NCBI GenBank assembly: GCA_965232515.1
Contig: CBDDPY010000002.1
Coordinates: 1,952,001 to 2,016,000 of the forward strand
DNA: 64,000 nt
From: Alphaproteobacteria bacterium
GTDB lineage: Bacteria; Pseudomonadota; Alphaproteobacteria; GCA-2731375
Direction: 5' to 3'
How positions within the stretch are numbered: the first letter of the stretch is position 1; every line of letters starts with the position of its first letter. The translations under genes were made by a program, and so were the position numbers. Under the pieces are notes generated by a model, which worked only from the letters and a program-made list of their open reading frames with translations, was not told where the DNA came from and ran no database searches. This document shows, one piece after another, positions 8,994 through 18,676 of the stretch.

Positions 8994-10266
8994 CGAGCTT
9001 ACGGCGCGGCGCCGGATCGGTTGCGGCGGCCGTCTCGGCCGCGTCGATCCGCTTCCATTCCTCATAGCCCACGCGGCGGACACCGCGCTCGTCCAGGAGC
9101 GATTCCAGAGCCGCACGCCCCGGCTTGTCGCTGCCCGAACCGTGATCCTCGACGATCTGCGCCGCGGCGGCCTGCCCGTCCGGGCGGTTGGTGGCGATGG
9201 TGCCGGTCGGACCGCGCTTGGCCCAGCCGACGGCATAGAGCCCGTCGTCGACCCGGCCATCGTCGTTGACGAAGCGGCCCTCGCGATCGTCGAAGGCGAC
9301 TCCCTCGATGCCGCTCGACCGATAGCCGATGGCCGGGATCACCAGGCCGCATTCGACATCGAAAAACTCGCCGGTGCCGACGGCGCGGCCGCCCTCGACC
9401 TTGGTCCGCTCCAGCCTTAGGCCCTCGACCCGGTCACCGCCCAGCACCTCGACCGGCGCGGCATAGAATTCGAAATGCACGCGTTTCGGCAGCTCGTCGG
9501 CCTTGCGTTCGGCGAAGTCCTTCAATGTCGCCAGGTTGCGCGCCTTCAACCGGGCATCGCGGTCCGACAGTCCGGGGTCGTCGACCTCGTCCGGCAGCAC
9601 GGCGGCATCGACAACCGGCACGCAGGTCTCCAGCTTGCCCATCTCGCGCAGCTCAACATTGGTGAACTTGGCCTCGATCGGACCGCGCCGGCCGAACATG
9701 TAAACGTCCGTCACTGAACCGGCCTGCACCGCGTCCAACGCGTAGTCGACGATATCTGACGTCGCCATTTCTTCGCGGGTCTTGACCAGCACCCGGGCGA
9801 CATCGATCGCAACATTGCCGTTGCCGATCACCGCCACCGCCGAGGTGTCGAGATCCGGATTCACGTCCCGGAAATCGGGATGGCCGTTATACCAGCCGAC
9901 GAAAGCGGCCGAGCCGATGACGCCGGCCTTGTCGCTGCCGGGAATGCCGAGCGGCCGATCGAACGGCGCGCCGACAGCCAGCACAACGGCGTCATAGACC
10001 GCCCGCAACTCGTCCAGCCCGACGTCGCTGCCGACCTCGACATTGCCGAAGTAGCGCACATCTGGCTGCGAGGCCGTCTTGTCGTAGTTGCGCTGAACGT
10101 TCTTGGTGGTCTGATGGTCCGGCGCCACGCCATAGCGGATCAGGCCGAACGGCGCCGGCAGGCGCTCGATGATGTCGATCTGGCAATCGGCCTCGTTCTT
10201 CAACAGAGCTTCGGCCGTATAGAACGCCGCCGGGCCCGAGCCGACGATGGCTACACTAATGGAAAT
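8953..10266 (-). CDS. Ferredoxin-NADP+ reductase (FprA/adrenodoxin reductase type), apparent ATT start
   Basis: The FAD motif SVAIVGSGPAAFY lies upstream of the track start (10203). Other motifs: PFGLIRYGVAPDH, GNGNVAIDVAR, GRRGP and GWAKRGPTG. SD AGGGAGG sits 7 nt before ATT at 10266. Confidence 0.9.
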   Translation of the reverse strand: MSISVAIVGSGPAAFYTAEALLKNEADCQIDIIERLPAPFGLIRYGVAPDHQTTKNVQRNYDKTASQPDVRYFGNVEVGSDVGLDELRAVYDAVVLAVGAPFDRPLGIPGSDKAGVIGSAAFVGWYNGHPDFRDVNPDLDTSAVAVIGNGNVAIDVARVLVKTREEMATSDIVDYALDAVQAGSVTDVYMFGRRGPIEAKFTNVELREMGKLETCVPVVDAAVLPDEVDDPGLSDRDARLKARNLATLKDFAERKADELPKRVHFEFYAAPVEVLGGDRVEGLRLERTKVEGGRAVGTGEFFDVECGLVIPAIGYRSSGIEGVAFDDREGRFVNDDGRVDDGLYAVGWAKRGPTGTIATNRPDGQAAAAQIVEDHGSGSDKPGRAALESLLDERGVRRVGYEEWKRIDAAETAAATDPAPRRKLVTLDDMLSLLDAG

Positions 10267-10354
10267 CGGACTGCCTCCCTGCTGCCGGTTTCACCTTGTT
10301 GTTCTTGAACGCGATGGCGAAGCCCGCAATCGGCCGGACGCCGTGTTCATACGC

Positions 10355-11380
10355 TCAGGCGTCCACCGTCCAGGTATGGCCGGACCGCAGCAGGTCGTTG
10401 AGGCTCGGGGTCGGCCCCTTGGCTTTCGCCGCAGTGGCCTGTTCGGCAACCGCGGCCTCATAGGTCGGCGCCGGGTCGCAATAGAGCACGCCGACCGCGA
10501 CCGGATGCGGCGGCTCGAGGCGGCACAGCAGGCCGGCGAGCGTCCGGTTGGTCTCGTCATGCACCAGCAGGTCGGCCTCGGTGACGCCGTTCTCGCCGAT
10601 GGTGACGATCTCGAGTTCGACAGCGCCGGGCTTCATGCGCAGGCCCTTGTCGCGCTCCTTGCCGAAAATCAGCGGCTGGCCGTGCTCGACATGGATCTGC
10701 ATGTCCTGGGCGACGGCCTTCTCGGTGAAATCGCTGAAGGCGCCGTCGTTGTAAACGATGCAGTTCTGGAAGATCTCGACGAAGGACGTGCCCCTGTGCG
10801 CATGCGCCCGCTGCAGCACGCCCGGCAGGTGCTTCTGCTGGGTGTCGATCGAGCGGGCGACGAACCGGGCGCCGGCGCCGAGCGCGAACTGGGTCGCGGA
10901 GACCGGCCGGTCGACCGAGCCCATCGGCGTCGACGGCGAGCGCGTGCCGACGCGCGAGGTCGGCGAATACTGGCCCTTGGTCAGGCCGTAGATCTCGTTG
11001 TTGAACAACAGCAGCTGCAGATCGACGTTGCGGCGCAGCAGATGCAGCATGTGGTTGCCGCCGATCGACAGACCGTCGCCGTCGCCCGTCACAACCCAGA
11101 CATCGAGATCTGGGTTGGAGAGCTTGACGCCCGTCGCGAACGCCGGCGCCCGGCCGTGGATGGTGTGAAAGCCGTAGGTCGACATGTAGTACGGGAACCG
11201 CGCGGCGCAGCCGATGCCCGAGATGAACACCGTGTTCTCACGCGTCGCACCAATGTCGGACAGCGACTTCTGTACCGCCTTGGTGATGGCGTAGTCGCCG
11301 CAACCGGGACACCAGCGGATCTCCTGGTCGGACGCGAAATCCTTCGGCGACAGCTTTTCGACAGTTGTCGGGGCGTTCAT
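10355..11380 (-). CDS. korB: 2-oxoacid:ferredoxin oxidoreductase beta subunit
   Basis: Motifs WCPGCGD, SGIGC, HGRA, the TPP motif GDGD...GGNH...NNEIYGLTKGQYSPT, and QNC. Confidence 0.95.
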   Translation of the reverse strand: MNAPTTVEKLSPKDFASDQEIRWCPGCGDYAITKAVQKSLSDIGATRENTVFISGIGCAARFPYYMSTYGFHTIHGRAPAFATGVKLSNPDLDVWVVTGDGDGLSIGGNHMLHLLRRNVDLQLLLFNNEIYGLTKGQYSPTSRVGTRSPSTPMGSVDRPVSATQFALGAGARFVARSIDTQQKHLPGVLQRAHAHRGTSFVEIFQNCIVYNDGAFSDFTEKAVAQDMQIHVEHGQPLIFGKERDKGLRMKPGAVELEIVTIGENGVTEADLLVHDETNRTLAGLLCRLEPPHPVAVGVLYCDPAPTYEAAVAEQATAAKAKGPTPSLNDLLRSGHTWTVDA

Positions 11381-11381
11381 C

Positions 11382-13250
11382 CTACTCCTCCAGGACCGAC
11401 CGGATCGCCGCTTCGATTTCGGCGATCTTGAACGGTTGGCCGTTTACCTTGTTCAGGCCCTGCGCGGGCACCAGGTACTCGCTGCGCAGCAGCGTCTTCA
11501 GCTGGCCCTTGTTCATCTCCGGCACCAGCACGTTCTCGAAGCCGCCCAGCAGTTCGCCCAGGTTCTTCGGCAGCGGCCAGATATGCCGCAGATGGATATG
11601 CGAGCAGTCGAGGCCGATCTCGCGCATGTTGGCGACGCCGCGGCTGATCGGACCGAATGTCGAGCCCCAACCGACCACCGCCAGCTTGCCCTTCTCGGCG
11701 CCCTGATCGACGGTCTGCGGCGGGATGTCGTCGGCGATGCCATCGATCTTGGCGGCCCGGACATCGGTCATGCGCTGGTGGTTCTCCGGCTCGTAAGAGA
11801 TATTCCCGGAGTCGTAGGCCTTCTCGATGCCGCCGATGCGGTGTTCCAGGCCCGGTGTGCCCGGAACGGCCCAGTTCCGCGCCAGCGTCTCGTCGTCGCG
11901 CAGGAACGGATGGAAGCCCTCGGGGTCGGTGCGGAACTCGACCGGAAACGGCGTCATCTTGTCAATATCCGGGATCTTCCACGGCTCGGCGGCGTTGGCG
12001 ATATAGCCGTCGGTCAGGACCATCACCGGCGTCATGTATTTGGTCGCCAAGCGGATCGCCTCGACCCCGACCTCGAAGCAGTCACCCGGCGCGTGGCTCG
12101 CCAGCACCACGATCGGGCTGTCGGCGTTGCGGCCGAACACGGCCTGATAGAGGTCCGACTGCTCGGTCTTGGTCGGCATGCCGGTCGACGGGCCGGCGCG
12201 CTGCGAATTGACGATGACCAGCGGCAGCTCGGTGCTGATCGCGAGGCCGATGGCCTCCATCTTCAGCGCGATGCCGGGGCCCGAGCTCGAGGTCACGCCG
12301 ATGGCGCCGGCATAGGACGCGCCGATCGCGGCGCAGGCGGCGGCGATCTCGTCCTCGGCCTGGAAGGTGGTGATGTCGTGCGCCTTCAGACGGGCCAGGA
12401 TATGCAGCAGCGACGAGGCCGGCGTGATCGGATAGGACGCGAACGTCATCTTCAGGCCGGCGAGCTGCGCGCCGACCGCCAGCCCCCAGGCCATGGCCTC
12501 GGCGCCCGAGATGGTCCGGTAAAGACCGGGCGCGATCTCCGCCGGGCCGATGGTAAATCCGTGTACCGTGCCGGGCAGCTCGGCCGTCTCGCCCAGCGCG
12601 TGGCCGGCGTTCAACGCCGCGATGTTGGCGTCGGCCAGTTCCTGCCGCTTGGCGAACTTCTGCTGCAGCCAGTCGACCGTCGGCTGCCGGTCCCGGTCGT
12701 ACATCCAGTAGATCAGGCCCAGCAGCCACATGTTCTTGCAGCGCAGCGCCTCTTTCTGGGTCAGGCCGAACGGCTTCACCGCTTCCAACGTCAGCTTCGA
12801 GACATCGATCTCGATGGTCTCGAAGTTGCTCAACGTGTCGTCTTCCAGCGGGTTCTGCTCGAAGCCGGCCTTCTTCAGGTTGCGGTCCGAGAAGCTGCCG
12901 GTATCGATGATCGCCAGGCCGCCCGGCTTCAGGCTGTCCAAATTAACCTTCAGCGCCGCCGGGTTCATCGCCACCAACACATCCGGCGCGTCGCCAGACG
13001 TCAGGATATTGCGGGCGCCGAAATTGATCTGGAAGGCCGAGACACCGAAGGTGGTGCCGGCCGGGGCGCGGATTTCTGCGGGAAAGTCGGGAAATGTGGC
13101 CAGATCGTTGCCGGCCAGCGCCGTTGCCTCGGTAAAGCGGCTGCCCGTCAGCTGCATACCGTCGCCGGAATCTCCGGCAAATCGAACGACAACGGATTCC
13201 AGGTGTTCTCTTTCAAGTCCGACCGGGTCGAACTTCTCGGCGGTGCTCAC
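11382..13250 (-). CDS. korA: 2-oxoacid:ferredoxin oxidoreductase alpha subunit (gamma-alpha fusion)
   Basis: Motifs AGDSGDGMQLTG, FPAEIRAP, YPITPAS, QAEDEIAA and QRAGPSTGMPTKTEQSD; probable GTG start at 13250. Confidence 0.95.
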   Translation of the reverse strand: MSTAEKFDPVGLEREHLESVVVRFAGDSGDGMQLTGSRFTEATALAGNDLATFPDFPAEIRAPAGTTFGVSAFQINFGARNILTSGDAPDVLVAMNPAALKVNLDSLKPGGLAIIDTGSFSDRNLKKAGFEQNPLEDDTLSNFETIEIDVSKLTLEAVKPFGLTQKEALRCKNMWLLGLIYWMYDRDRQPTVDWLQQKFAKRQELADANIAALNAGHALGETAELPGTVHGFTIGPAEIAPGLYRTISGAEAMAWGLAVGAQLAGLKMTFASYPITPASSLLHILARLKAHDITTFQAEDEIAAACAAIGASYAGAIGVTSSSGPGIALKMEAIGLAISTELPLVIVNSQRAGPSTGMPTKTEQSDLYQAVFGRNADSPIVVLASHAPGDCFEVGVEAIRLATKYMTPVMVLTDGYIANAAEPWKIPDIDKMTPFPVEFRTDPEGFHPFLRDDETLARNWAVPGTPGLEHRIGGIEKAYDSGNISYEPENHQRMTDVRAAKIDGIADDIPPQTVDQGAEKGKLAVVGWGSTFGPISRGVANMREIGLDCSHIHLRHIWPLPKNLGELLGGFENVLVPEMNKGQLKTLLRSEYLVPAQGLNKVNGQPFKIAEIEAAIRSVLEE

Positions 13251-13441
13251 AACGGTTTCCCCGTTCCTCTCTACCAGTACGCGGCCTGCAAGCAAGCCGA
13301 CTCTAGTACGGGCAACATCGTCGCCTCAAGGCGTTCTCGAACCAATAGATAGGCGTGGATGCTGCGTTTATGAATACAACTTCGGCCATGGCCGAGGGAA
13401 TAACATATCGGTGATGGCCGTCCTTGTCCTCGATCAGGTAC

Positions 13442-13888
13442 CTAAGTCAGGCGTTTCAGCAAAGCAAGCAAAGTTCGCTGCTCGTCGGCGTCCAGCGGGG
13501 AGAGCGTCTCCGCGCTGACGCGCGGGCCGTTCGGCAGCAGCCGGGCGACCAGCTCACGGCCTTCGCCCGATAGCCGCAGCAGCGTGCGGCGGCGGTCGTC
13601 GGTGTCCGGCCGGGTCTCGATCAAATGGCGCTCGACCAGCCGCCGGATCACGCCCTGAATGGTCGCCGGATCCATGGCGGTCAGCCGACCGAGATGATTC
13701 TGCGAGGTCTCGCCCTCCTCCAGCAGCCGAACCAGGGCCGCGAACTGCGTCGGCGTCACGTTGCCATCGCCGATCTCGGCTTGAAAGATCGATGTGGCCC
13801 GCTGATGCGCGCGGCGCAGCAGATGGCCGATCTGCGCCTCCAGGCGATAGCCGACGGGCGGCTCCGGTACGGGCTTGCGCTGCGTCAT
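13442..13888 (-). CDS. MarR family regulator, NicR-like
   Basis: QIGHLLRRAHQR...TPTQFAAL...MDPATIQGVIRRL...DDRRRTLL resembles, from memory, the MarR subfamily of nicotinate clusters. Confidence 0.88.
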   Translation of the reverse strand: MTQRKPVPEPPVGYRLEAQIGHLLRRAHQRATSIFQAEIGDGNVTPTQFAALVRLLEEGETSQNHLGRLTAMDPATIQGVIRRLVERHLIETRPDTDDRRRTLLRLSGEGRELVARLLPNGPRVSAETLSPLDADEQRTLLALLKRLT

Positions 13889-13954
13889 CGATCTTCCCAA
13901 ACGGCAACCGGCCAGTCTTAGCATGCCTGGCGGCCGCTGGCCCATCGACCTTGC

Positions 13955-14962
13955 TTATGGCTTCACCACCATAAGGCTGTCGTCAGCGAGCCCGTAGACC
14001 AGTTCCGCACCCGCCTGCCCGTCGAGGTCGGCGGCGACAATGGCCGTGACGATTTCCGCCGGCTGGTTCAGCCGCACCAGCTCGCGGAACCGTCCGCCCG
14101 CGAAACTGACGATCCGGAGGCTGCGCCGCGCCGCGTCCGGCACGGCGATATCCGGGACGCCGTCGCCGTCGGTATCGAGAATGGCGGCCATGCCCAGCTC
14201 ACGCGAGTCGAGCGCATGGTTGGAAAACCCCGGCTCGGCCGCGAGCCGCCGCAGGTGGCCGTCCCGCATCCGGTAGAGCGTCAGGATGCCGCCGATATGG
14301 GGTGTGATCACCATGGCCACCTCCGGACCGCCGTCGCCGTCGAAATCGGCCACGCCGACCGGATTGAGCCAACGGTGCGGGGTGCCGATAGCCGGCGCCT
14401 CGGCGACGATCCGTACCTCGTCATCGACCAGGTCCAAAACCGCCAGCGCCGCCCCGGCATCGAGATAGGACCGCACGACCACCAGTTCCTCATCGCCGTC
14501 GCCGTCCACATCCGCCAGCCGCGCCAGCCGATCCTCGAACACCGAGTCGGACGGCAGCCGGAAGTGCCGCGTACGGCCGTCGGCCAGCGCCACGCTCAAG
14601 CCCGAGGCCTCGATGGCATCCCCAAGGACGGCATGCCGATAGCGGTCCGTCGGTCCCGTCAGCCAGGCGGCCGCAATCTCGCCACTGCCTTCGGTAACGA
14701 TGCCGTCCGGCAGCATGTCCGGGCGGTCCTTGTTCAACGGCGGCGAGAACGATCGCTGCCGCACAACGTCGAGGCCCCCGTCCGTCAGCGCCACCCGGAA
14801 ATACGATCCGCTGCCGTTGCGCATGACCAGCCCCTCGGCATCGGAAATGAACGCCGCTACCGCACCGAAGCCGGTCGCGCGGTACATCTGCGGCTCGGCC
14901 GCGGCGGCCGCCGCCAGGCCGGCCGTCAGCGCCGCCGCCAGAACGCCGCTGCTACTTCGCAA
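13955..14962 (-). CDS. Secreted FG-GAP/VCBS repeat protein
   Basis: Repeats ADVDGDGDEE, ADFDGDGGPE, DTDGDGVPD and ADLDG; Ala-rich signal peptide after a probable TTG at 14962 that overlaps the MBL stop. Confidence 0.78.
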   Translation of the reverse strand: MRSSSGVLAAALTAGLAAAAAAEPQMYRATGFGAVAAFISDAEGLVMRNGSGSYFRVALTDGGLDVVRQRSFSPPLNKDRPDMLPDGIVTEGSGEIAAAWLTGPTDRYRHAVLGDAIEASGLSVALADGRTRHFRLPSDSVFEDRLARLADVDGDGDEELVVVRSYLDAGAALAVLDLVDDEVRIVAEAPAIGTPHRWLNPVGVADFDGDGGPEVAMVITPHIGGILTLYRMRDGHLRRLAAEPGFSNHALDSRELGMAAILDTDGDGVPDIAVPDAARRSLRIVSFAGGRFRELVRLNQPAEIVTAIVAADLDGQAGAELVYGLADDSLMVVKP

Positions 14963-15896
14963 GCTGCGCCATCTGGCCGAACAGGCCGACGATGTCGGGC
15001 GGCGTCGTGTCGCCGCTGAACTCGCGATAGAGCGTCGAGACATTGACGATGATCCGTTCGGCGTCGCCCCAGGAGGAATAGTCGTCGAGCGCGATGTCCT
15101 GCGCCGCTTCCATGGCGCTCATGCCGGCATCGTAGCGCTTGCGGGCTTCTGCCTGCACGTAGGCCAGATAATCCCGCACTTCAGTCACGCCCGCCTTGTC
15201 GGTCAGCGGACCGTGGCCCGGCACGATGACATCCACGTCCATGGCCAGGATCCGCTCGCAGGCCCGGATCCAGTTGTCGACCGGCCCGGCCCAGACGATC
15301 GGGTGGCCCTCGATGAACAGGATGTCGCCGGTGAACACAGCGCGGTCGGCCGGCACGTGCACCAGCACGTCGCCGCGCGTATGCGCCGGACCGACCTCAA
15401 TCAGCTCGACCCGCTTGTCGCCGACGTCCAACGTCAGCTCGGCATCGAAGGTCCGGGTCGGCGGCGTCAGCGTGATGCCCTCGAAATCGAAGTCGCCGAA
15501 GATGCGCGTCAGATAGTCGCCCAGCTCGCCCATATCGGGCGCCGAGCGCATGATCTGCGCCAGCATCGCCGCCGGCACCTCCTCCATCTCCTCGGCGCCG
15601 GCGCGCGAGGCGACGATTTCGGCGCCCTCGACCAGCTCGTTGCCCCAACAATGGTCGCCGTTGGCGTGCGTGTTGACCAGCGTGCCGATGTCTTTCGCCG
15701 CCGGCACCGCCCGCCGCATTTCGTCCAGCATGGTCTGGGTCAGGTTCAGGTCGAACAGCGTGTCGACCAACATCGTCTGGTCGCCGTCGGCGATCAGCCC
15801 GGCATTGCTCCAGCCCCAGGAACCGTCCGGCTGCAGATAGGCGAAGATGCCGTCGCCCAGATCGTGCAGCCCCTTGGCATAGGATGTCTTCGCCAT
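14952..15896 (-). CDS. MBL-fold metallo-hydrolase (cyclase-like)
   Basis: Motifs THANGDHCWGN, AHTRGD, FTGD and VPGHG; translationally coupled (TGATG) to the cyclase gene. Confidence 0.9.
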   Translation of the reverse strand: MAKTSYAKGLHDLGDGIFAYLQPDGSWGWSNAGLIADGDQTMLVDTLFDLNLTQTMLDEMRRAVPAAKDIGTLVNTHANGDHCWGNELVEGAEIVASRAGAEEMEEVPAAMLAQIMRSAPDMGELGDYLTRIFGDFDFEGITLTPPTRTFDAELTLDVGDKRVELIEVGPAHTRGDVLVHVPADRAVFTGDILFIEGHPIVWAGPVDNWIRACERILAMDVDVIVPGHGPLTDKAGVTEVRDYLAYVQAEARKRYDAGMSAMEAAQDIALDDYSSWGDAERIIVNVSTLYREFSGDTTPPDIVGLFGQMAQLAK

Positions 15897-16681
15897 CACG
15901 GCGCTCCGTCTTCCAATATCGCAACGGCCCGCGTCCAGCCGGCGGACGCGCCGCGGATCTTCACCGGAAAGCAGGCGACCGTGAAGCCGTCCGCCGGCAG
16001 CGCTTCCAGGTTATGCAGTTTCTCCAGATGGCAATAGCCGATATCGCGGCCGGCCTTGTGGCCCTCCCAAATGATGCTGGCGTCCTGGCTCTCGGCGTAT
16101 TTCTCCGCCGTGTAGACGAACGGCGCGTCCCACGACCAGGCGTCCGTGCCCGTCAGCCGCACGCCGCGCTCCAGCAAGTACATCGTTGCTTCATAGCCCA
16201 TGCCGCAGCCGGCCTCGACATAGTCGTCCTGGCCGTAGGCCGAACCGGCCCGCGTGTTGACCACGACGATATCGAGCGGTTGCAGGTCATGCCCGATGCG
16301 GCCTAGCTCGGCCTCGACGTCGGCCGCCGTCACCACATAGCCGTCATCGAACTGCCGGAAGTCCAGCTTCACGCCGGGCCGGAAGCACCAGTCCAGCGGC
16401 ACCTCGTCGATGGTGATCGCCCGCTCGCCCTTGTTCATGGTCGAGGCGAAGTGATACGGCGCATCCAGGTGCGTGCCGTTATGCGTGATCAGCTCGACCT
16501 TCTCGATCGCCCAGGCCTCGCCGTCCGGCAGGTCCTGCTTCCGCAGACCCGGAAAGAAGGCCGTCATCTGATCGACCGACATCTCATGGTCGATATAGCT
16601 GATCTTCGGGTTGAACGGCTGCGGGTCGGAGACGACGTCGTTCTCCAGCGGCATGGAAATGTCGATGAACTGCCGGGCCAT
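15896..16681 (-). CDS. Cyclase family metal-dependent amidohydrolase (kynurenine formamidase-like)
   Basis: HNGTHLDAPYH motif, plus GTDAWSWD, HLEKL and PVKIRGASAGWTRAVA. Confidence 0.92.
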   Translation of the reverse strand: MARQFIDISMPLENDVVSDPQPFNPKISYIDHEMSVDQMTAFFPGLRKQDLPDGEAWAIEKVELITHNGTHLDAPYHFASTMNKGERAITIDEVPLDWCFRPGVKLDFRQFDDGYVVTAADVEAELGRIGHDLQPLDIVVVNTRAGSAYGQDDYVEAGCGMGYEATMYLLERGVRLTGTDAWSWDAPFVYTAEKYAESQDASIIWEGHKAGRDIGYCHLEKLHNLEALPADGFTVACFPVKIRGASAGWTRAVAILEDGAP

Positions 16682-16694
16682 GGCGTCCTCCTCG

Positions 16695-17363
16695 TCAAGC
16701 CGTTGCGGTCAGTCGCCGGCGGGGCGTTCCGGCCGCCGCCGTCCCGGCGCGGAAGCCGGCCGCTAGGAACGGCACCATATGTGCCGTGATGCGCGCGAAG
16801 TCGGCCGAGCGGAAGCGGCCGTCCGTCAGCCGGTCGACGCGGCCGGTGTCGGCGAAGGTATGCAGCATGGCGCCCATCAGGAAATGGAAGCTCCAGACCA
16901 CCTCCTCCTCGCTGCGCTCGGGCAGCGCCTTCCGGAACGCGGCGATAAACCGGCGCGCGACCGGATCGAACTGATCGATGATCGTCGCCAGCGACGGCGT
17001 CGCGCCGCTGTTGGCGACCTGCGCGATCAGGCGGGCATAGTTCTTCCAGCCGGGATCGCCGCCCATCGAGATCTCCAGCAACGGCTGCACGAACGCGGTG
17101 ATCAGCGCTTCGACCGTCGGCCGGTCGCCCGCCGCCTCGGCCTCGGCCAGCATCGCCAGCCGCCGCTCGCCCAGCACCGCGGTGCGGCGTTCGAACACAC
17201 GCTCCCACAGGCCGGTCTTGCTGCCGAAATGGTAATTCACCATGGCCAGCTGCACGCCGGCCTCGGTCGTGATCTGGCGCAGCGAGACGCCGTCATAGCC
17301 GTGGTCGGCGAACAGCCGTTCGGCGGCGTCGAGGATCTTCGTGCGGGTGGCTTCGCCGGGCAT
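16695..17363 (-). CDS. TetR/AcrR family regulator
   Basis: HTH TRTKILDAAERLFADHGYDGVSLRQIT...VNYHFGSK; start ATG 17363. Confidence 0.92.
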   Translation of the reverse strand: MPGEATRTKILDAAERLFADHGYDGVSLRQITTEAGVQLAMVNYHFGSKTGLWERVFERRTAVLGERRLAMLAEAEAAGDRPTVEALITAFVQPLLEISMGGDPGWKNYARLIAQVANSGATPSLATIIDQFDPVARRFIAAFRKALPERSEEEVVWSFHFLMGAMLHTFADTGRVDRLTDGRFRSADFARITAHMVPFLAAGFRAGTAAAGTPRRRLTATA

Positions 17364-17572
17364 CTCTGCTTCGTGTCGCGATTCCAGATTGATTGAACGT
17401 TCGTATAAATTTCTTGTCAATGCCGGATCGCCCTGTCTAGAGTCGAGACGAGCAAACGAACAGCCAGGAGCGCCCGATAGGGGGGCCGCATCCAGGCCGA
17501 TAACCAACGACGGCGCGACCTCGGGCAGCGCAAGCAGTTGACGGGTCGCCGCCGACAGGGGAGGAGGCGACC

Positions 17573-18676
17573 ATGACGACAGCGCTGTTGCGCCGGATTT
17601 CCGAAACCTTGCCAGGACTGACCAAGCTTGCCGCCACCGGCGCCGTCGCCGCGGCGCTGTTGACAACGCCGGCGCGAGCCGAGACCTACAACCTGACGGT
17701 CGCGGCCGGCCATCCGCCGGTCTTCCTCTGGGTCAAGCTGATGAGCGAGTTCTTCATCCCCGAGGTCGACAAGCGCCTGGCCGCCGCCGGCGGCGCGCAC
17801 AAGGTCGAATGGACCGAGGCCTATGGCGGCACGGTCGCCAAGATCGGCGGCGTGCTGGAGGCGATCGAGGAAGGTCTTGTCGACATGGGCTTCGTCGGCA
17901 CCATCTTCGAAGCGCCGAAGATGCCGCTGCAGAACGTCTCATACGTCACGCCCTTCGGCAGCGACGACATCGGCGTCGTCACCGGCGCCATCATCAAGCT
18001 GCAGCAGGACATCCCGGCCATGGGCGCGTCGTGGGAGAAGTACAATCAAGTCTTCCTTGGCGGCGCCGCGCTCGACAGCTACCACCTGTTCACCACCTTC
18101 CCCGTGACTTCCGTTGCCGACATCGACGGCAAGAAGATCCTGGCGCCCGGCCCATCCGCCAACTGGGTCAAGGGCACCGGCGCGGTCGCCGTCGCCGGCA
18201 ACCTGCAGACCTACTACAACGACATCAAAACAGGCGTCGCCGACGGCGTGTTGACCTTCACCACCGGCGCCTGGGGCTGCAAGTGCTTCGAGGTCGCGCC
18301 GCACATCACCAAGGTCAACTTCGGCTCCCAGTTCGCCGGCGGCATCTCCATCAACAAGGACACCTGGGACGGCATGGCGCCCGAGGTCCAACAGGTGTTC
18401 CGCGACGTCGCCGCCGAATACACCACGCGCTTCGCCCAGGCACAGCAGAACGCCGCCAACGCGTTGCTCGCCAAGATGGTCGAGGCCGGCGCCAAGGTCG
18501 CCGAGATCGACGCTGGCGAACGGGCGAAGTGGGCCGGCATGGTGCCGAACATCGCCAAGCAGTGGGCCGCCAAGCTCGACGGCGAAGGCCAGCCCGGCAG
18601 CGAAGTCCTGAAAGGCTTCATGACGCAGCTCAGCGCCGCCGGCGCCAATGTGCCGCGGGACTGGTCGGCGGAATGA
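17573..18676 (+). CDS. TRAP transporter substrate-binding protein (DctP family)
   Basis: Signal peptide, GGAGG SD and a DctP-like sequence; followed by small and large permeases. Confidence 0.9.
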   Translation: MTTALLRRISETLPGLTKLAATGAVAAALLTTPARAETYNLTVAAGHPPVFLWVKLMSEFFIPEVDKRLAAAGGAHKVEWTEAYGGTVAKIGGVLEAIEEGLVDMGFVGTIFEAPKMPLQNVSYVTPFGSDDIGVVTGAIIKLQQDIPAMGASWEKYNQVFLGGAALDSYHLFTTFPVTSVADIDGKKILAPGPSANWVKGTGAVAVAGNLQTYYNDIKTGVADGVLTFTTGAWGCKCFEVAPHITKVNFGSQFAGGISINKDTWDGMAPEVQQVFRDVAAEYTTRFAQAQQNAANALLAKMVEAGAKVAEIDAGERAKWAGMVPNIAKQWAAKLDGEGQPGSEVLKGFMTQLSAAGANVPRDWSAE

